A DNA stretch of 64,000 nucleotides from Cycas panzhihuaensis. Taxonomy: Eukaryota > Plantae > Cycadophyta. This document shows positions 1 through 13,000 of the stretch, piece by piece. The position numbers were made by a program, and so were the translations under genes. Numbering within the stretch: position 1 is the stretch's first letter; every line of letters begins with the position of its first letter. The stretch spans positions 57,233,741 to 57,297,740 of the forward strand of contig CM041465.1 in the NCBI GenBank assembly GCA_023213395.1. The letters run 5' to 3'. Below the pieces are notes generated by a model, which did no database searches, had not been told where the DNA came from, and worked only from the letters and a program-made list of their open reading frames with translations.

Positions 1-2134
1 CCCGGGCTATATCCAAGGCAGGATTAGCAGAATCTTAGGTATGGACATAAAAAAGCTTCCCACAATTTACCTGGGCTTGCCCCTATTTGTCGGTAAGATG
101 TCCAAAGATATGTGGAACCCTCTTTTAGATAGAATGCAAAGAAAGTTAGCGGGCTGGAAAGGTGCCCTCCTGAGCTTAGCTAGAAAATTCCAGCTAGTTG
201 CCTCTACTCTCCAGAGCATCCCAGTGTTTTGGATGTCCATCTTCAGGGTTCCGCCGGGCATCTCAGACACTATTGAATCAATCCAGAAAAGATTCCTCTG
301 GTCTGGATCAGAAAGTAAAGACAGGATTCATTTGGTGAGTTGGAGCAAAGTATGCACCCCGAAATGGGCCGACAGTCTCAATTTGCGAAGGCTCTCTCCC
401 TTCAATGTCGCCCTTGGGGCAAAGCTTGGGTGGAGATTATTCAAAGGTGGGGAGAGACTTTGGGAGAGGATCCTCTCTAGAAAATATATTTAGGGGGGCT
501 CCCTTCTGGATAACAGTGTCTCAATTTGGTTCTCTAAATGCGGAGGAGCATCCTCAAAGCGTGGGCAGCTATCAGGGATGGCCTAAAATGGAGACTGGGC
601 GATGGCAATTCCATAAGATTTTGGGATGACGTGTGGTGTTGTGACAAGGCTCTGAAGGAGTTCCCAGATCTGGTGCCTCTAATGGGTCCTTGTGTTAGGC
701 AATACGACAATCTGATTAAAGATTATTGGACTGGGAGAGAAGGAAGCAGGATCTGGAGGAATTTTGAGGATATCCATGGGATAGGCAGCCTGCAGGAGGG
801 TCTCAATAAGATCAAAAGGATCTTAAGTAAGAGTTATATCCCTAGAACTCCGTCGCAGGATTCGATGGTGTGGCCCTCTAGTTCGGGGAGTACACGATTG
901 CAGCAGGCTATCAATACTTATGCCTGAAAAGAGGGGACAAGAAAAACCCAATGTTGGAAGGTGTCTGGAGGCTCCTCCTCATTCCAAAAATAGCTCTTTT
1001 CTGGTGGACCTGTCTCATGAACAAAATCCTTACTATTGATAACCTTCAAAAGCGAGGATTTATGTTGGCTAACAGATGTGTCCTATGCTGCAAGGGGGAG
1101 GAATCCATTGATCACATCATCCTAGAGTGCCCTTTCATAAAGGAAGTTTGGAGGATGCTGCTTGGAAAACTAGAAGTGTGTTGGACTTTCTCGCAAAAAA
1201 CTGCTGACCTTTGGCTTGCATGGCAAAGCCCATTCAAAAGTAATACCCTCAGCCGCATCTGGAAGAATACGCTCCCAATTTTGGCATGGAATATCTGGAA
1301 AGAAAGAAACAGTAGGATTTTTCAGGGAAAAGAAAAGGACCAGATGGGCGTTTATAACAGAGTCTGCTCGGACATCAGAGAAAACGTTGGAAACATTAAA
1401 GAAAAACGTATAACCACGCCGGAAAGCGAGTTTTACTCAAATGGGGTATAGAACCTGAAATAGTAGCGTCAAAACCCAGAAGCACTAGATGGATCCCACC
1501 GGAGGAGCCATGGATCAAAATTAATTTTGACGGGGCAGCAAAAGGGAACCCAGGGGAAGCCGGGGGTGGGGGAATCTGTAGGGACAGCAAAGGTTCCCTC
1601 ATCTGGGCCTTTGCGGACTACTATGAGACCCAGACAAATAACTATGCGGAAATGCATGCTATGCTTAAAGCCCTCGACTTAGCCCACATAGGGGGCATCC
1701 AGAGGTTGGTGATTGGGGGTGACTCAGAGGTTGTTTTAAACTCATTAAAAGGAGTGGCCCTCCCGAATTGGAAATTTCAGGCTATAATCAAAGATGCCAA
1801 AGAAATCATTAAGGGTTTGTCGGATGTCTGTATAAGACACACTCTGAGAGAAGGTAATAAAGCAACAGATTTTTTGGCAAACTGGGGGATGAGGAACAAG
1901 AGGGGGCAAGTGTGGAGATGTGATTTCCCTAAGGACCTTCTGGCTCTGGTTGAGAAGGATATGATCTGCAGTAGCTAGCCGCGGGGCTTGTCCCGGCTTT
2001 CTAGTTCTCTTGCCTATACCGTGGGGTTGTCATGGTTAACTCTGACTTGGTACCTTATTTGCATTCTGATGTATTAGGTTGTGGGACCCTGTTTTCAAAC
2101 CCACTTTAATTCATTTTATCTTACCAAAAAAAAA
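1..2134 (+). mobile_element. L1-type LINE, 3' part (RT C-terminus, zf-RVT, RNase H) with poly(A) tail; 5' end outside window; frameshifted
   Basis: Motifs YLGLPL..KLAGWKGALLS, RFWDDVW, NRCVLCCKGEESIDHIILEC, WIKINFDGAAKGNPG, HTLREGNKATDFLANWG; A-run at about 2126-2134. Confidence 0.93.
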
Positions 2135-2384
2135 GAGCGCTACATGTTTGACAAATGTCAAACATGCAAACTAGCTAGTTGCATGTGGGACAAGTGTCCC
2201 CTTGAGCTCTTTTGTGAGCACAAGTGCATGAGGGTACATTAACCTTCAAGTTACAATGTTGTGCAACTAGAAAGAAAGTGGGTGCGTACTTTATCACTTT
2301 AAGTGATAAGTCACACTAACATAAAGTACATTAATAAAACATTATAAAGTACATCACTTAACATTTAAATATAAAGGTTTAACA
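2135..2384 (-). mobile_element. Copia LTR fragment (same family as LTR 29351-29910), cut on the left by the LINE
   Basis: Shares tgtttgacaa..ggacaagtgtcc..gtgagca.aagtgcatg..ttatcactt.aagtgataagtca..aaggtttaaca with 29650-29910. Confidence 0.8.
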
Positions 2385-2399
2385 ACTTCCATTATCTAA

Positions 2400-2646
2400 T
2401 TATAGTTCTAGTCGTATTTTGGGCGCCTAATTGCGACTTGGTTGCACCTTTGGTGGCAACTAGTCGCACCTTTGGTCATAGTTGGTCATACTTGGTCGCA
2501 GTTAGTATGACCTTACTCAGCTTTTGGTCACACTTGGTATGACCTTACTCAGCTTTTGGTCGTACCTAGCCGCATCTGGTACTACCTTATTTCATCAAAA
2601 CTGCAGTCAATTCTTTGGAGTTGCATGCATTTTTCTCCAGCACACA
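2400..2646 (-). repeat. Degenerate short tandem repeats (gttgcacc/gtcgcacc, plus a duplicated gtatgaccttactcagcttttggtc); probable gypsy LTR remnant
   Basis: Resembles the gttgcac array in the G5 LTR and ends in cacaca. Confidence 0.45.
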
Positions 2647-2859
2647 TAGTGAAGTTATGAGAGTAGATGAGTTATTGAGCTACTTATAATAATGAAGACT
2701 AGACATTCAAAAACTAATGGTTGAATTATGAAGTTTTCAATTTTGTGAATAATTATAATGCATGTGGTCTCAGACACATGTAGCATGTAGGTGTTGAAGG
2801 TGAGTTCACAAGTTTGAAAGCAGCAAAAGGGAAGTAGGCTCCTATGTAGGCCTATACAC

Positions 2860-5393
2860 ACTGCAATGGGAGAGCTAGTACACTGGATGAACAAGCAATA
2901 CCGAATACCATCAGTATGTTTCCATGACAAGAAGAGCGTTCTAGGTGAAGTGCACACACATGTTGACAATCTTCACCATGTTAGGACAATCCATTGTGTT
3001 GTGCAGATTGCCAATGACATGAGAGATTCCATAGGTACGTGCAAGGGTCCTTGAAGAAGGATTTGCTACTACAAGGTTGAGTATAGCACCACAACACAAG
3101 TTGAAATAGGCTATAGGCTTGGGATGTAGTGCAAAATTGAGAAGAGGGTTTCTCATTTCAGACCAATTTTGAAATTCACAACAATTGTGAAGAACAAAAA
3201 ATCGGCAATAATTGTGGAGCACATCAAATTAAAGCAAGTGAGAGTAGTCTAATGAAAGACAATTCTACAACATGTATTTAAATGTGGAAGTAAGCATTGA
3301 TTGTTGGAATTGTTGAATGGCATAAATAACTATTGTTTGATAAAATTTGGGCAAGCACGAACATAATCTCATAGGTTGTGTGAGGTGGTTATGGGCATGG
3401 TAAGGAAATAATGGTAGATTTATAAGTTTAACAGGGATGTAGTCTCAATGACATATTGTTAAAGGAGGGTCCCACCTTATTTGGGAAGCACTTTGAGTTG
3501 GAAGTGAACATTATGAATTAATATATAGATTGAGGTGGTTTGTTGATGTTGGATGAATCTCACAAAGCAAGATAAAGATGTCCATGGAAAAATGCGATTG
3601 ATGTTGGATACTGAGTGTCACAAATTTTTGATAGGTGATTCAAATTTAAAGGATGAAGTTGGTGGAGCACATTAGTTGGAGGTAGCGACATATGTGCTCA
3701 ATGCATTCAATAAGTCCATGAAGCCCTTGTGGTAAGTATTGCTCAATATTTTGTAGAAAAGCAAATGTATGGCTCAAAATTCAAGAATTAAAAATATGAT
3801 GGAAGGACAATAAGGTGGAAACAATATTCGATATTAAAAGTGAATTTGTAGTTGTGAAAAGTATTGAACTAGATTCAGGCATGGGGACAAAAACATATGG
3901 TGGCAAAAATGAGTGGCTTTCAAAAATCTAAAAGAGTCTCCAAGTAGGTGATGTATAAGCACTTGAAATAGATCAATTATGAAGGTTAGATAAAGAGATT
4001 GATTCACGAACCTAAAGTCGTATAGAAAATATTTCTGTTTGCATGAGTCTAAACCAAGAAGGGCATTTATCAATGAAAAGTTTGGAAATTTTCAAATTAA
4101 TTTTGAAAAGCATTGCAGACCAATTCTTAAGTAAATGAAAAATCTTATGGAAAATTCTAAAATTGAGGGGAAGACGAGAATTTTTGAAAATTGTTATAGG
4201 CCAATTATGATGCCACACTTGACTCTAAATCTAAAACTATAAGTGAAATTATTTGGGTGAATTTTTCTTAAATGAAACTATAGATCTACGTGCCACTTGT
4301 AGACTCCTCGACATTTAAAAAAATGATGTACATGTGTCGAAGGTAAGAATTCATTGATGATGTAGAAAATGTGGGAATTGAATTGTAGTCACCTAAATTT
4401 GTTGATTCAGGGATAGTTATCCACATGTTAGATCAATTGCGATCTTAGATTAAAGGGGTGTTAGGAATGTAAAAGTTATTGATAGATGGCATGCAAGAAG
4501 TAGGTAAATTGAGTGAACGTCTGAATACAGTACAAGATCATATCACAACACTTAATTTGTTGTTGTCACAACAATTCTCCATTGAATTGGCTCATCAAAA
4601 CACAGTTGATCCCATGTAAGAATAGTTTTATAGTTTTCTTTAGCCTTATTTTTCTATTTTTTGTAATAGTTCTTCTCTTTAAGTGTACAAAAGGGAAGAA
4701 ATTCTAAGATATGGGACTTTGGGATGCTAGAGCATTTTTGAGAAATAGAAATATATTTTTTCAAAAACTATTTGTGATAAATAAAGTACTTTTGATGAGT
4801 TGTTATTTGTGAGTGAATGTGTTACTTAAATGCATTGTGCTTGGAAGAGTTGTGAGCTTTAATTTGTTTAAGTGTTCCTTTAAGTATAAACCCTAGTGAG
4901 AATTCAGGGTAGAGTTAATATGTATGAGTATTTGAGGTACATGCCACATGCTTCAAGTATAAAGATTGCACATAGGATTAGGCATTCTAATCTATAAGTT
5001 TTTTTAGTTTGGGTTGGTCACTTGTCGCTCGTTAGATTGTGAATGAACAGTGGTGGGTCTTATACTTTCGGGTCTTTTGATTCCCTATACTATAATTTTA
5101 TTGTAATGAACACATGGATAATTGTTTGTTTAGCCTCTTTCTGGTGAATAATTCTCTACTCTCTTGTTGGACTTAATCTCGTGAGCTTGGCATCTTTTTG
5201 GCTAGATGCAGTTGGGTTAATAAGATTTGATCCCCAAAGGTTCTCTTCGTCAAATAAGATTTCGTTACTTTTCCTTGCGATGTCCTTTGCTCGGTTTCTT
5301 ACAACTCATCAAAACCCTTGCATTTGTCCTCTTTAGGGGACTATTTTCTCTATACACTTGTAACCATATATGTATATAAATTTAGGTGTTACA
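2860..5393 (+). mobile_element. Highly degenerate gypsy-like remnant with possible polypurine tract (PPT, aaagggg) and LTR-like segment 4459-5393
   Basis: taaagggg|tgttagg at 4451-4465, tgttaca at about 5387-5393; faint gag/protease-like peptide traces. Confidence 0.3.
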
Positions 5394-5559
5394 TCATGGA
5401 GTATTTCCATCGATTGTCTCCATAATCTTACACGCTCAAGCACTTTGTAGACTAGTCAAATCTCCTATCTTGGATGGTGCGATCTTGCAAGACAATAACT
5501 CTGACTTGGTGTAAGGATATTCTATTGTCACACCAACATTCACCAATGAATCATATGAT

Positions 5560-6857
5560 AAATGATTGTATATGGTGAAAAGACATGCTAGTGGTACCCG
5601 ATGTTTATGAATTGCATCAACTTGGTTCTTATGAGATGCATGGCAATCCCAATGCATTGTATGTTGGTGGCGAAAAAACCTATTGGATAACTAAGAGCTT
5701 AGTGCATTGGAAAGACATTAAAAAGAACATTATGGATTATGCTATCACTTGTTTAAAATGCCAAGTTAACAAGGTAGAGCATGAAAAGTCTACAAGTTTA
5801 TTACAACCGTTGACAATACCTACAGGTAAATGGTATAATGATTCTAAGGGCTTCATAGCCCGTTTGCCTAGAACTCAAAAGCAACATGATTAGATCATTG
5901 TTGTGATGGATTGGATCCTAAAGTTGGCAAGGTTTATTCCTTGTCAAATGCTTGACTCTAGTATTGATATTGCTCTGATTGTGTTAGCTAAAGTCTTTTG
6001 TCTTTTTGGTATGCTAAACGAGATTGTTGGTGATATAATCCTAAATTCATTATAGCATTTTGGGCAGAATTCCTTAAAGTGTTGGAAACTAGATTATATT
6101 TCAAAAGTGGGGATCACCCTCAAAGCAATAACTAAACAAAGTGAGCTAATCAAGTATTGGAGGACATGTTAAGGGCATTTGTTGTGGAACTTCAAATTGC
6201 TTGAGAGGAGAGGTTATGCTTAATGGTGTGCAATCATCTCTAAAAATGTCTTCATTCAACATGATGTTGGATTATGATCTAGTAATTCCTCTTAGTATTG
6301 TTTAAACCAAGGTGTAGTTAATCAATGAAATGCTATAAGGCATGGAAGCTATAATAATTAATTGCATGGAAAATTTCAAAAACACTACGATATAGCTAAA
6401 CTTCATGGGTACAATGCTAGACACCATTAGCTTTTGTATTAGGTGAACAAGTTGTTCTCCTAGTATAACTGAGTAATTGACTGTCTACAGGAAAATGTTC
6501 CAAGTTATCTCCATAGTATTGTAGACTATTTGAGGTGTTGGAAAAGGTTGACGATGTTATTCATCATTTACAATTGCCATCACATGTGAAGGTATGCCCA
6601 ATTTTCCATCTCAGTTGGATACAAAAAGCTTTGTTATGTCTTGACAAGAATATTCCTATGGTTGTAGATGTCTAGGATGTTCACCCTACAATGCATGAAC
6701 CAAAAAGGATTTTGGACTAAGAGATTACCAAGTACTTGATACAATGGATAAATCGACCAATAGAAGATGCTACTTGGGAGTTTGAGGCCTTTGTAAAGGC
6801 AAATGATTTGTTGTTTATGGGTCATTGAGAGCAATGATCTCCCTAAGGGGGGAGCAA
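5560..6857 (+). mobile_element. Chromoviral Ty3/gypsy integrase plus chromodomain pseudogene with PPT
   Basis: WKDIKKNIMDYAITCLKCQVNKVEH..LLQPLTIP; KYLIQWINRPIEDATWE; taagggggggag at about 6844-6854 followed by gtaaca. Confidence 0.8.
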
Positions 6858-8649
6858 CGTAACACATCAATAAAGTTTATATAGTTTCATTATAACCCTA
6901 AGAGGGGCCATGTATTATTATTGCCATTCGAAGTGGGAACATGTATTACTATTGTAACCCTAAGGGAGACTTAGGCATGTAAAAGAGATGATGCCTAGTG
7001 GATAAAGTCATCGCTTATGAAAGGGGTATTTATAAGACTCTCAAGAGGTAGCTCTTTAACTCTTCACCTCACTAGTGACTACTCACTTTACATGGACTCT
7101 TTGACTCTTCACCTTACTAATCACTTTTTACTTCTTTTCCAATAACCTTTTATGTGGTCATTCTATGAAAGAGAAGTGAATTGGGGTGGAAGGCAATTAG
7201 TGAACATGAGTTCTTTGATGTTTACCTCTATAGGTGAGCTTGTGGGGAGAGCTACAACATCTCACCTAGAAGAGGCTACTATACATAGTACAATTGTAAA
7301 GGTTGTGTGTAGTATTATTGGTTGGTACTACTACGTCCAAATAACCTAATAGTGGAACTAGTGCATCTAGTAGATCCACTTATGAAATATGATACTAACA
7401 AGATGAGATTGTTAGTGCAATGTGCTAACCTTGAGCTATAGTTTATAAAGACGGTGGTTTATGATGGAAGAAATATGATTGTTATCCTCTATGGTGATAT
7501 TACTTGGCTCTCATTGATGTTTGGCTTCTTTCTTATCCACTCTTAATACTCTCATGGAGATTCTTTCTTGTTATTTTCTATTTTAACCTCCTCTCTTAAA
7601 AGGACATTTATTATGTAATATTGAATATTGGATAGAGAATTTGACATTGTTCATTCTTGTGAATTGTAATAGGAATGGCATTAAAAAACACGAAAATGGT
7701 AGTTCTAGTGTTCAAAATGACATGTGAACAACACAAGAATGACATGTACAAGAGCTAAAACAACACATGTAGGAATGGGGACAATGTGAGAACATCACAT
7801 GTAGTCATAAAAGCAACATGCATAGGAGATAGAATGACACTTGTAGAAATAAGAATGATGCTAGTAGACACAAGAATGATAGATTGACAAACCAGTATGG
7901 CAATGGCAATGGATAATGGTATTAACATAGTTAAGGTCTATTCACTAGCTTGGAGTTTGTACAAACATATGGAGATTCCAAATGTTAATAATAATCATTA
8001 ATGAAGTCATTAGGCACATGATCATTATGTCACATAATGAAAAGACATGACGTAACAAGGTGCCTCTTGATAAAAAGGTAGTGGACTGGGGGATAAATAA
8101 GGCATTCTCACACCCTATTTAGTGCGATAGCTGAGTTATCCAATCTTAAGCAAAGGTAATAGAATCTTATTCACTATTTGTAGTCATTGTGAGTGGAATT
8201 ATGAATTTTGTGGATATTGTGTATGAGCAATTTAATCATGTGTGATGATATGTTATGATTGTATTGCTTGAGTATTGCCATTGTTAGTATGCAAGCCTAA
8301 CATGGAGGAATGAGGTTGTTGTGCCATAGAGTCATAGTGGAGATGAGAGCCATGGAGAACTGACATTGACATGTGGCTTGAAGATAAGCAAGGAGCTAAG
8401 GGATAGCTATTATGTTACCTTCTAGTCAACATTGGTTATGTTGCAAAAAACTATTAGAAGAAGAATTTGAGTCTTGCCATGTCAAGTGTATGATCCAGTC
8501 ATCGTGGACCCTATTTGCGTGTGATATGGCGAGTTTTAACTAAATCCAAGGAAGCTAGGGGACCTTTTAGTGCCACTAAAGAAGCCTTCAAACAAGAAAG
8601 GAGTTGAACCTGGTTGAGAGAGGGTAATGAGACAGGCCAAGAAATAAGG

Positions 8650-9410
8650 GAATCATCATGACAAGACGACAACACTAGTCACAAGTGAAGCCAAGGAGAG
8701 CCCGACTAATAAAATAGAAGATAGAGAAGGAGAGGCCGACTAATAAAATAGAAGATAAAGAAGAAAAACATACCACTCCATTAAATAGTTCGTAAACATT
8801 GGCATTTGAAGCAACCCCAAAAATGGAAGAGTCCCATCTACTAGACTTTAGCAAGGCACCAAAAGGGAAGGAACAGACATATAACTGGGAAACAACATTA
8901 GAGGAAAGTTCAGAGTTTGAAGCAATATAGAAGTAAAGGCAATAAAAGGTCCCATTGCAAACTTTGAATATGTATTCACTATATAATTGTTTAATACAAC
9001 TATAACAAAAGTGTTAGGAGAAGGCAATCCATTTCTAATTATCACTCTGATGGTAGTTCAAATACTAAGAGGAGACACACCAATATGCTCAAAAACACTA
9101 CATATAAATCCATTGTTTAAGAGTATAATAGAGCCTGAATTGTAGTTTGAAATAGAACTGACATGCATAATGGTGAGCGAATTATCTCCAATAGTAATCT
9201 ATCAGAATGACAATGCCCTTTGTTGCCTTATTTTTGACGGTATGGATTATCCTATAGAACACCTATTCCTATTTAAGAATATGATTGCAATACAAGGAAT
9301 TAATAAAGAAGAGAAAATCAAGTGTCATTTCTTAGGTACGTTACAAGTGTTGCACTACTATGGTGTCAAAACTTGGATATTAGCATTATAAATTGGGAAA
9401 CCATAAGGAA
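8650..9410 (+). pseudogene. Gypsy gag remnant (Retrotrans_gag-like), truncated at 9410
   Basis: FDGMDYPIEHLFLFKNM..FLGTLQ-VALLWCQNL; contains a 34-bp tandem duplication at about 8701-8762. Confidence 0.55.
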
Positions 9411-10040
9411 GGTCAGCTGCAGTTGCTTTATCATAAACCTAGATACAAGCTACAATTGCTCTATCATCAACAGAGGCAGCATATAAATTAGTAGTCAGTG
9501 TAGCCTGTGAACCAGTTTGGCTCAGACAATTGCTATCAGATTTGGACCAACAGCAGAAAGAGTTAACTACACTACTCTGTGATAATCAAAGCGTGTTCAA
9601 GCTGAAAAAGAATCTAGTTCTACATGCTTGAACAAAACATATTGAAGTTCATCATCACTTCATAAGAGAATAAGTTCAGAACAAAGAAGTTAACTTAATC
9701 TACTGTTCATTAAGTGAACAGATTGCAAACATTTTGACAAAGCCTCTCAGCAAAGACAAGTTCATAGCACTTAGAGATAAATTAGGATTGAAAGGATGAA
9801 ACATTAAGAGAGGGTGTTAGAATATAATGTTTCATCTAGAAGGGTGTTCTTGAGGGTCATGTAAAACCCCCCTTTTGTATTCTTAGACAAGTGTCTGACA
9901 TGTGTCACTCAGACACATGTCAGTTACAATGTACAATTGTATACATATGTAATTGATCTCTCATAATAAATCATTAGTCTTTCTGATAATAATCTAAGTT
10001 TCTACAGAGCCTTGGTAGAAGCTAGCAAGGAATCTCTTTA
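9411..10040 (+). mobile_element. Inverted 3' end of copia C1: RNase H, PPT, 3' LTR (9815-10006) and about 34 bp of host-element flank
   Basis: ATIALSSTEA.YK..CDNQS..TKHIEVHHHFIRE..LTKPL; aagagaggg|tgttag...tctaca; the LTR is the reverse complement of 16364-16563. Confidence 0.9.
9815..10006 (+). repeat. Copia C1 3' LTR (192 bp)
   Basis: TG..CA ends, PPT upstream, about 95% identical to the reverse complement of 16364-16563 apart from a TA-microsatellite indel. Confidence 0.92.
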
Positions 10041-13000
10041 ATCAATGAACGTCAAAAAATAGTTAGCACCATTGATTGAGCAAGGTGTAAGAGGACCACA
10101 TAAGTTAGTGTATACCAGTTCCAATTTACTTTGGGCTCACCATTAATTTGTTTTAAATGGAAAACAATGTTGTTTTCCATCATGCAACTTTTTCACATAA
10201 GATGTTGAAAGGGAACATTTGAAAGACCATCAACCATTTCAGATTTTTGTAATTGCATTAGCTTGCCAGATGAGATATGCCCATACTTCAAATGCTACAA
10301 TTTATTATTATCAGTATTAATTGCAGTACATGCCTTTTATCGATGATTACATGTTTGGAAAGTAACCTATATAGATCATTACTTTCTATGCCTTTTGCAA
10401 TTATGGCTCACCCCTTTTTCATGTCCAGAATGTGACAATACCCATTTTTATCAAACATTGTTCTCAACTTTTTCTTTCTTTTTTTTTTAATTAGGTAAAA
10501 GAAAGAATCTTGGGTTTTAAACAGGATCCCAAAACCTTTTACATTAAGTTCACATCAATCCAAATAGCAAGATGGCCATGAAAAGCCCATGGCCTAGCTA
10601 GACCATCTCAACAAATACAAGACCCCTACCACAACAAGCCTTGTGGCTAGCTCTGCTACTGCACTCAATCCCAATCGTCCTTAACTAGCCTCATTATTTC
10701 CTCTAGGAGATCCTCTCTCCAGACACAAGCCCTTCTGTGGTTAACCCCCCAGTTAGCCAATTTATCTGCCACTTTGTTGCCTTCTCTATAGGTGTGGTTC
10801 AAGTGATAGTTTTCAAGCCCTCCTAGAACTTCCCGAGTATCCTTAATTATATCCTGAGTTCTCCAATCTGGCATGGATGTACCTTTGAGAAGGTTAATCA
10901 CATTGAGTGAGTCTCCTTTTAAGATTAACTTGCTATGGCCCCCTTGTATAGCCATGTTCACAGCTTTCATCATAGCTTCCATCTCAGCCCTATTGTTCTT
11001 CTGGTGACTATAGTACTAGGCAAAATCCCATATAACCTTCCCTTTTGCATCTCTGCAGATACCCCCCCCTCCCTCCCCCCAACTTCCCCTAGGTTACCTT
11101 TCGAAGCACCGTCAAACTTAACCTTCACCCATGGGTCTTTCGGAGGGGACCAAAAACAACTTCTTTGCTGATCCATCTGGATCCTTGGGGTTATTCCCCA
11201 CTTTTTCAAAATAGAGCTTTCTCTTGGTGACACTCGTTTATCCTTTCTGGACCTCACATTTTCCCCCATCTCTGAAGTGATGATGCTAAAAATTCTAGTC
11301 TCATCCGTCTGACTATCTTGGAACAACCTCCTGTTCCTCTCCTTCCATAGATTCCACATGATTAACGGAAGGGAGGCTTTCCAAATGCTGGATAAACATC
11401 TACTTCTAAATGGGCTACTCCAAGATGACCGTTGATCTACCAAATTTTCTAAGGGAACCCAACAGACCTCAAAGAGGTCCATTATTAACCTCCGCACCCC
11501 CCTAGCAAAACTGCAATGGAGGAGAATATAATCTACTGACTCCTCCTCGTTGTAGCAGAGAATACACCTGTTCGGCATCACAAATCCCCTCTTCCTAAGG
11601 TTGTCCACAGTGAGGATTTTGTTCTTTAGACATGTCCACCAGAACACCATAATCTTAGGGATTAGGTCTAATTTCCAGACCCCTTCCAAAAGCGACGACC
11701 TTCTATCTCCCCTTCCGAGGCACAATAAGTGATATCCCTGTTTGACTGAGTAATCCCCAAACTGGGATGATGGTCATACCATAGAGTCTGCTACCCCTCT
11801 CTTTGGGATATAATACTTATTAATTTCCTTAGTTAAGGCTTCTAACCTTTCTTGGACCGCGGTCTCCCCCTGAAGATCCTTAAAGCTTCTCTATTTTCTC
11901 TCAAGACCCCCCCAGTCCAATAATCCTTCACATAAGTCCTATAGCTTCTCTTGCACAGGGGCTGCAAGGGGGCTAAATCCTCCCTTCTGCTCAACTTATC
12001 ATCTCCACACCATATGTCCTCTCAAAATCTTATGGTTCTCCCATCTCCCAGTTTCCAATGAACTCCAACCTTTAGCATACTTCTAGACTTTAAGATGCTC
12101 CTCCAAACGGCAGATCCACAGGAGGGGACCAAATTCTCTTTTAAAAAATGGCGGCCTTGGATATACTTATGAGAAAGAATCTTGTCCCACATGCCCCCTT
12201 CCCTTTTGACCAAATGGCAGCCGGTCTTCGCAATAAGAGCATTATTGAATAATGACAGTTGTTTAAGGTTGAGTCCACTCGCCCATTTTGGGTGGCACAC
12301 CTTCTTCCAATTTACCAAATGAATTCTATCTTTCTCCTCCATCCTCAACCAGAGGAATCTCTTTTGGATAGACTCCGACACCACTGTCACCCGTATTGAC
12401 AATCTGAATATTGACATCCAATAAATAGGAATACTCTGGAGAGTTGTAACCACTAATTGTAGTTTTTCAGCTTGGCTAAGAAGAGCTCCTTTCCAACTGG
12501 CCAATTTCCTCTAAGTCCTGTCTATAATAGGGTCCCACATTTCCTTTGTCATTCTACCCACAAATAAAGGCATTCCAAGGTATGCGGTCGGCAACTTCCT
12601 GACTGCCATCTCTAGAATTTTGCTGATCCTTCGTTGGGTACTCTCCAGCGTGTTGATGAAGAACACACTGTTTTTATATTTATCTTTTGGTTAGTGGTGC
12701 GTTCAAACCTTTCCAGACCTTCTCTAAGGGTGCGGGCTTCCCCCAGGGCTGCCTTGCCCAAGAAAATATTATCGTTCACAAATTAATGATGTACCATGTT
12801 GTCAACACCTGAGGTAGGCTTTAGTCCAATGATTGCCCCATGTCTCCTTGCCTCCTCTGTGGTCCTACCCAACATTTTTGCCATAATTATAAACAAATAG
12901 GGGGATAATGGGTCCCCCTGCCTCAAACCTCTAAAGCCCTGGAAAAATCTTGAAGATTTGCCATTAATAATAACAGAATATTGGGGATTTGAAATGCATA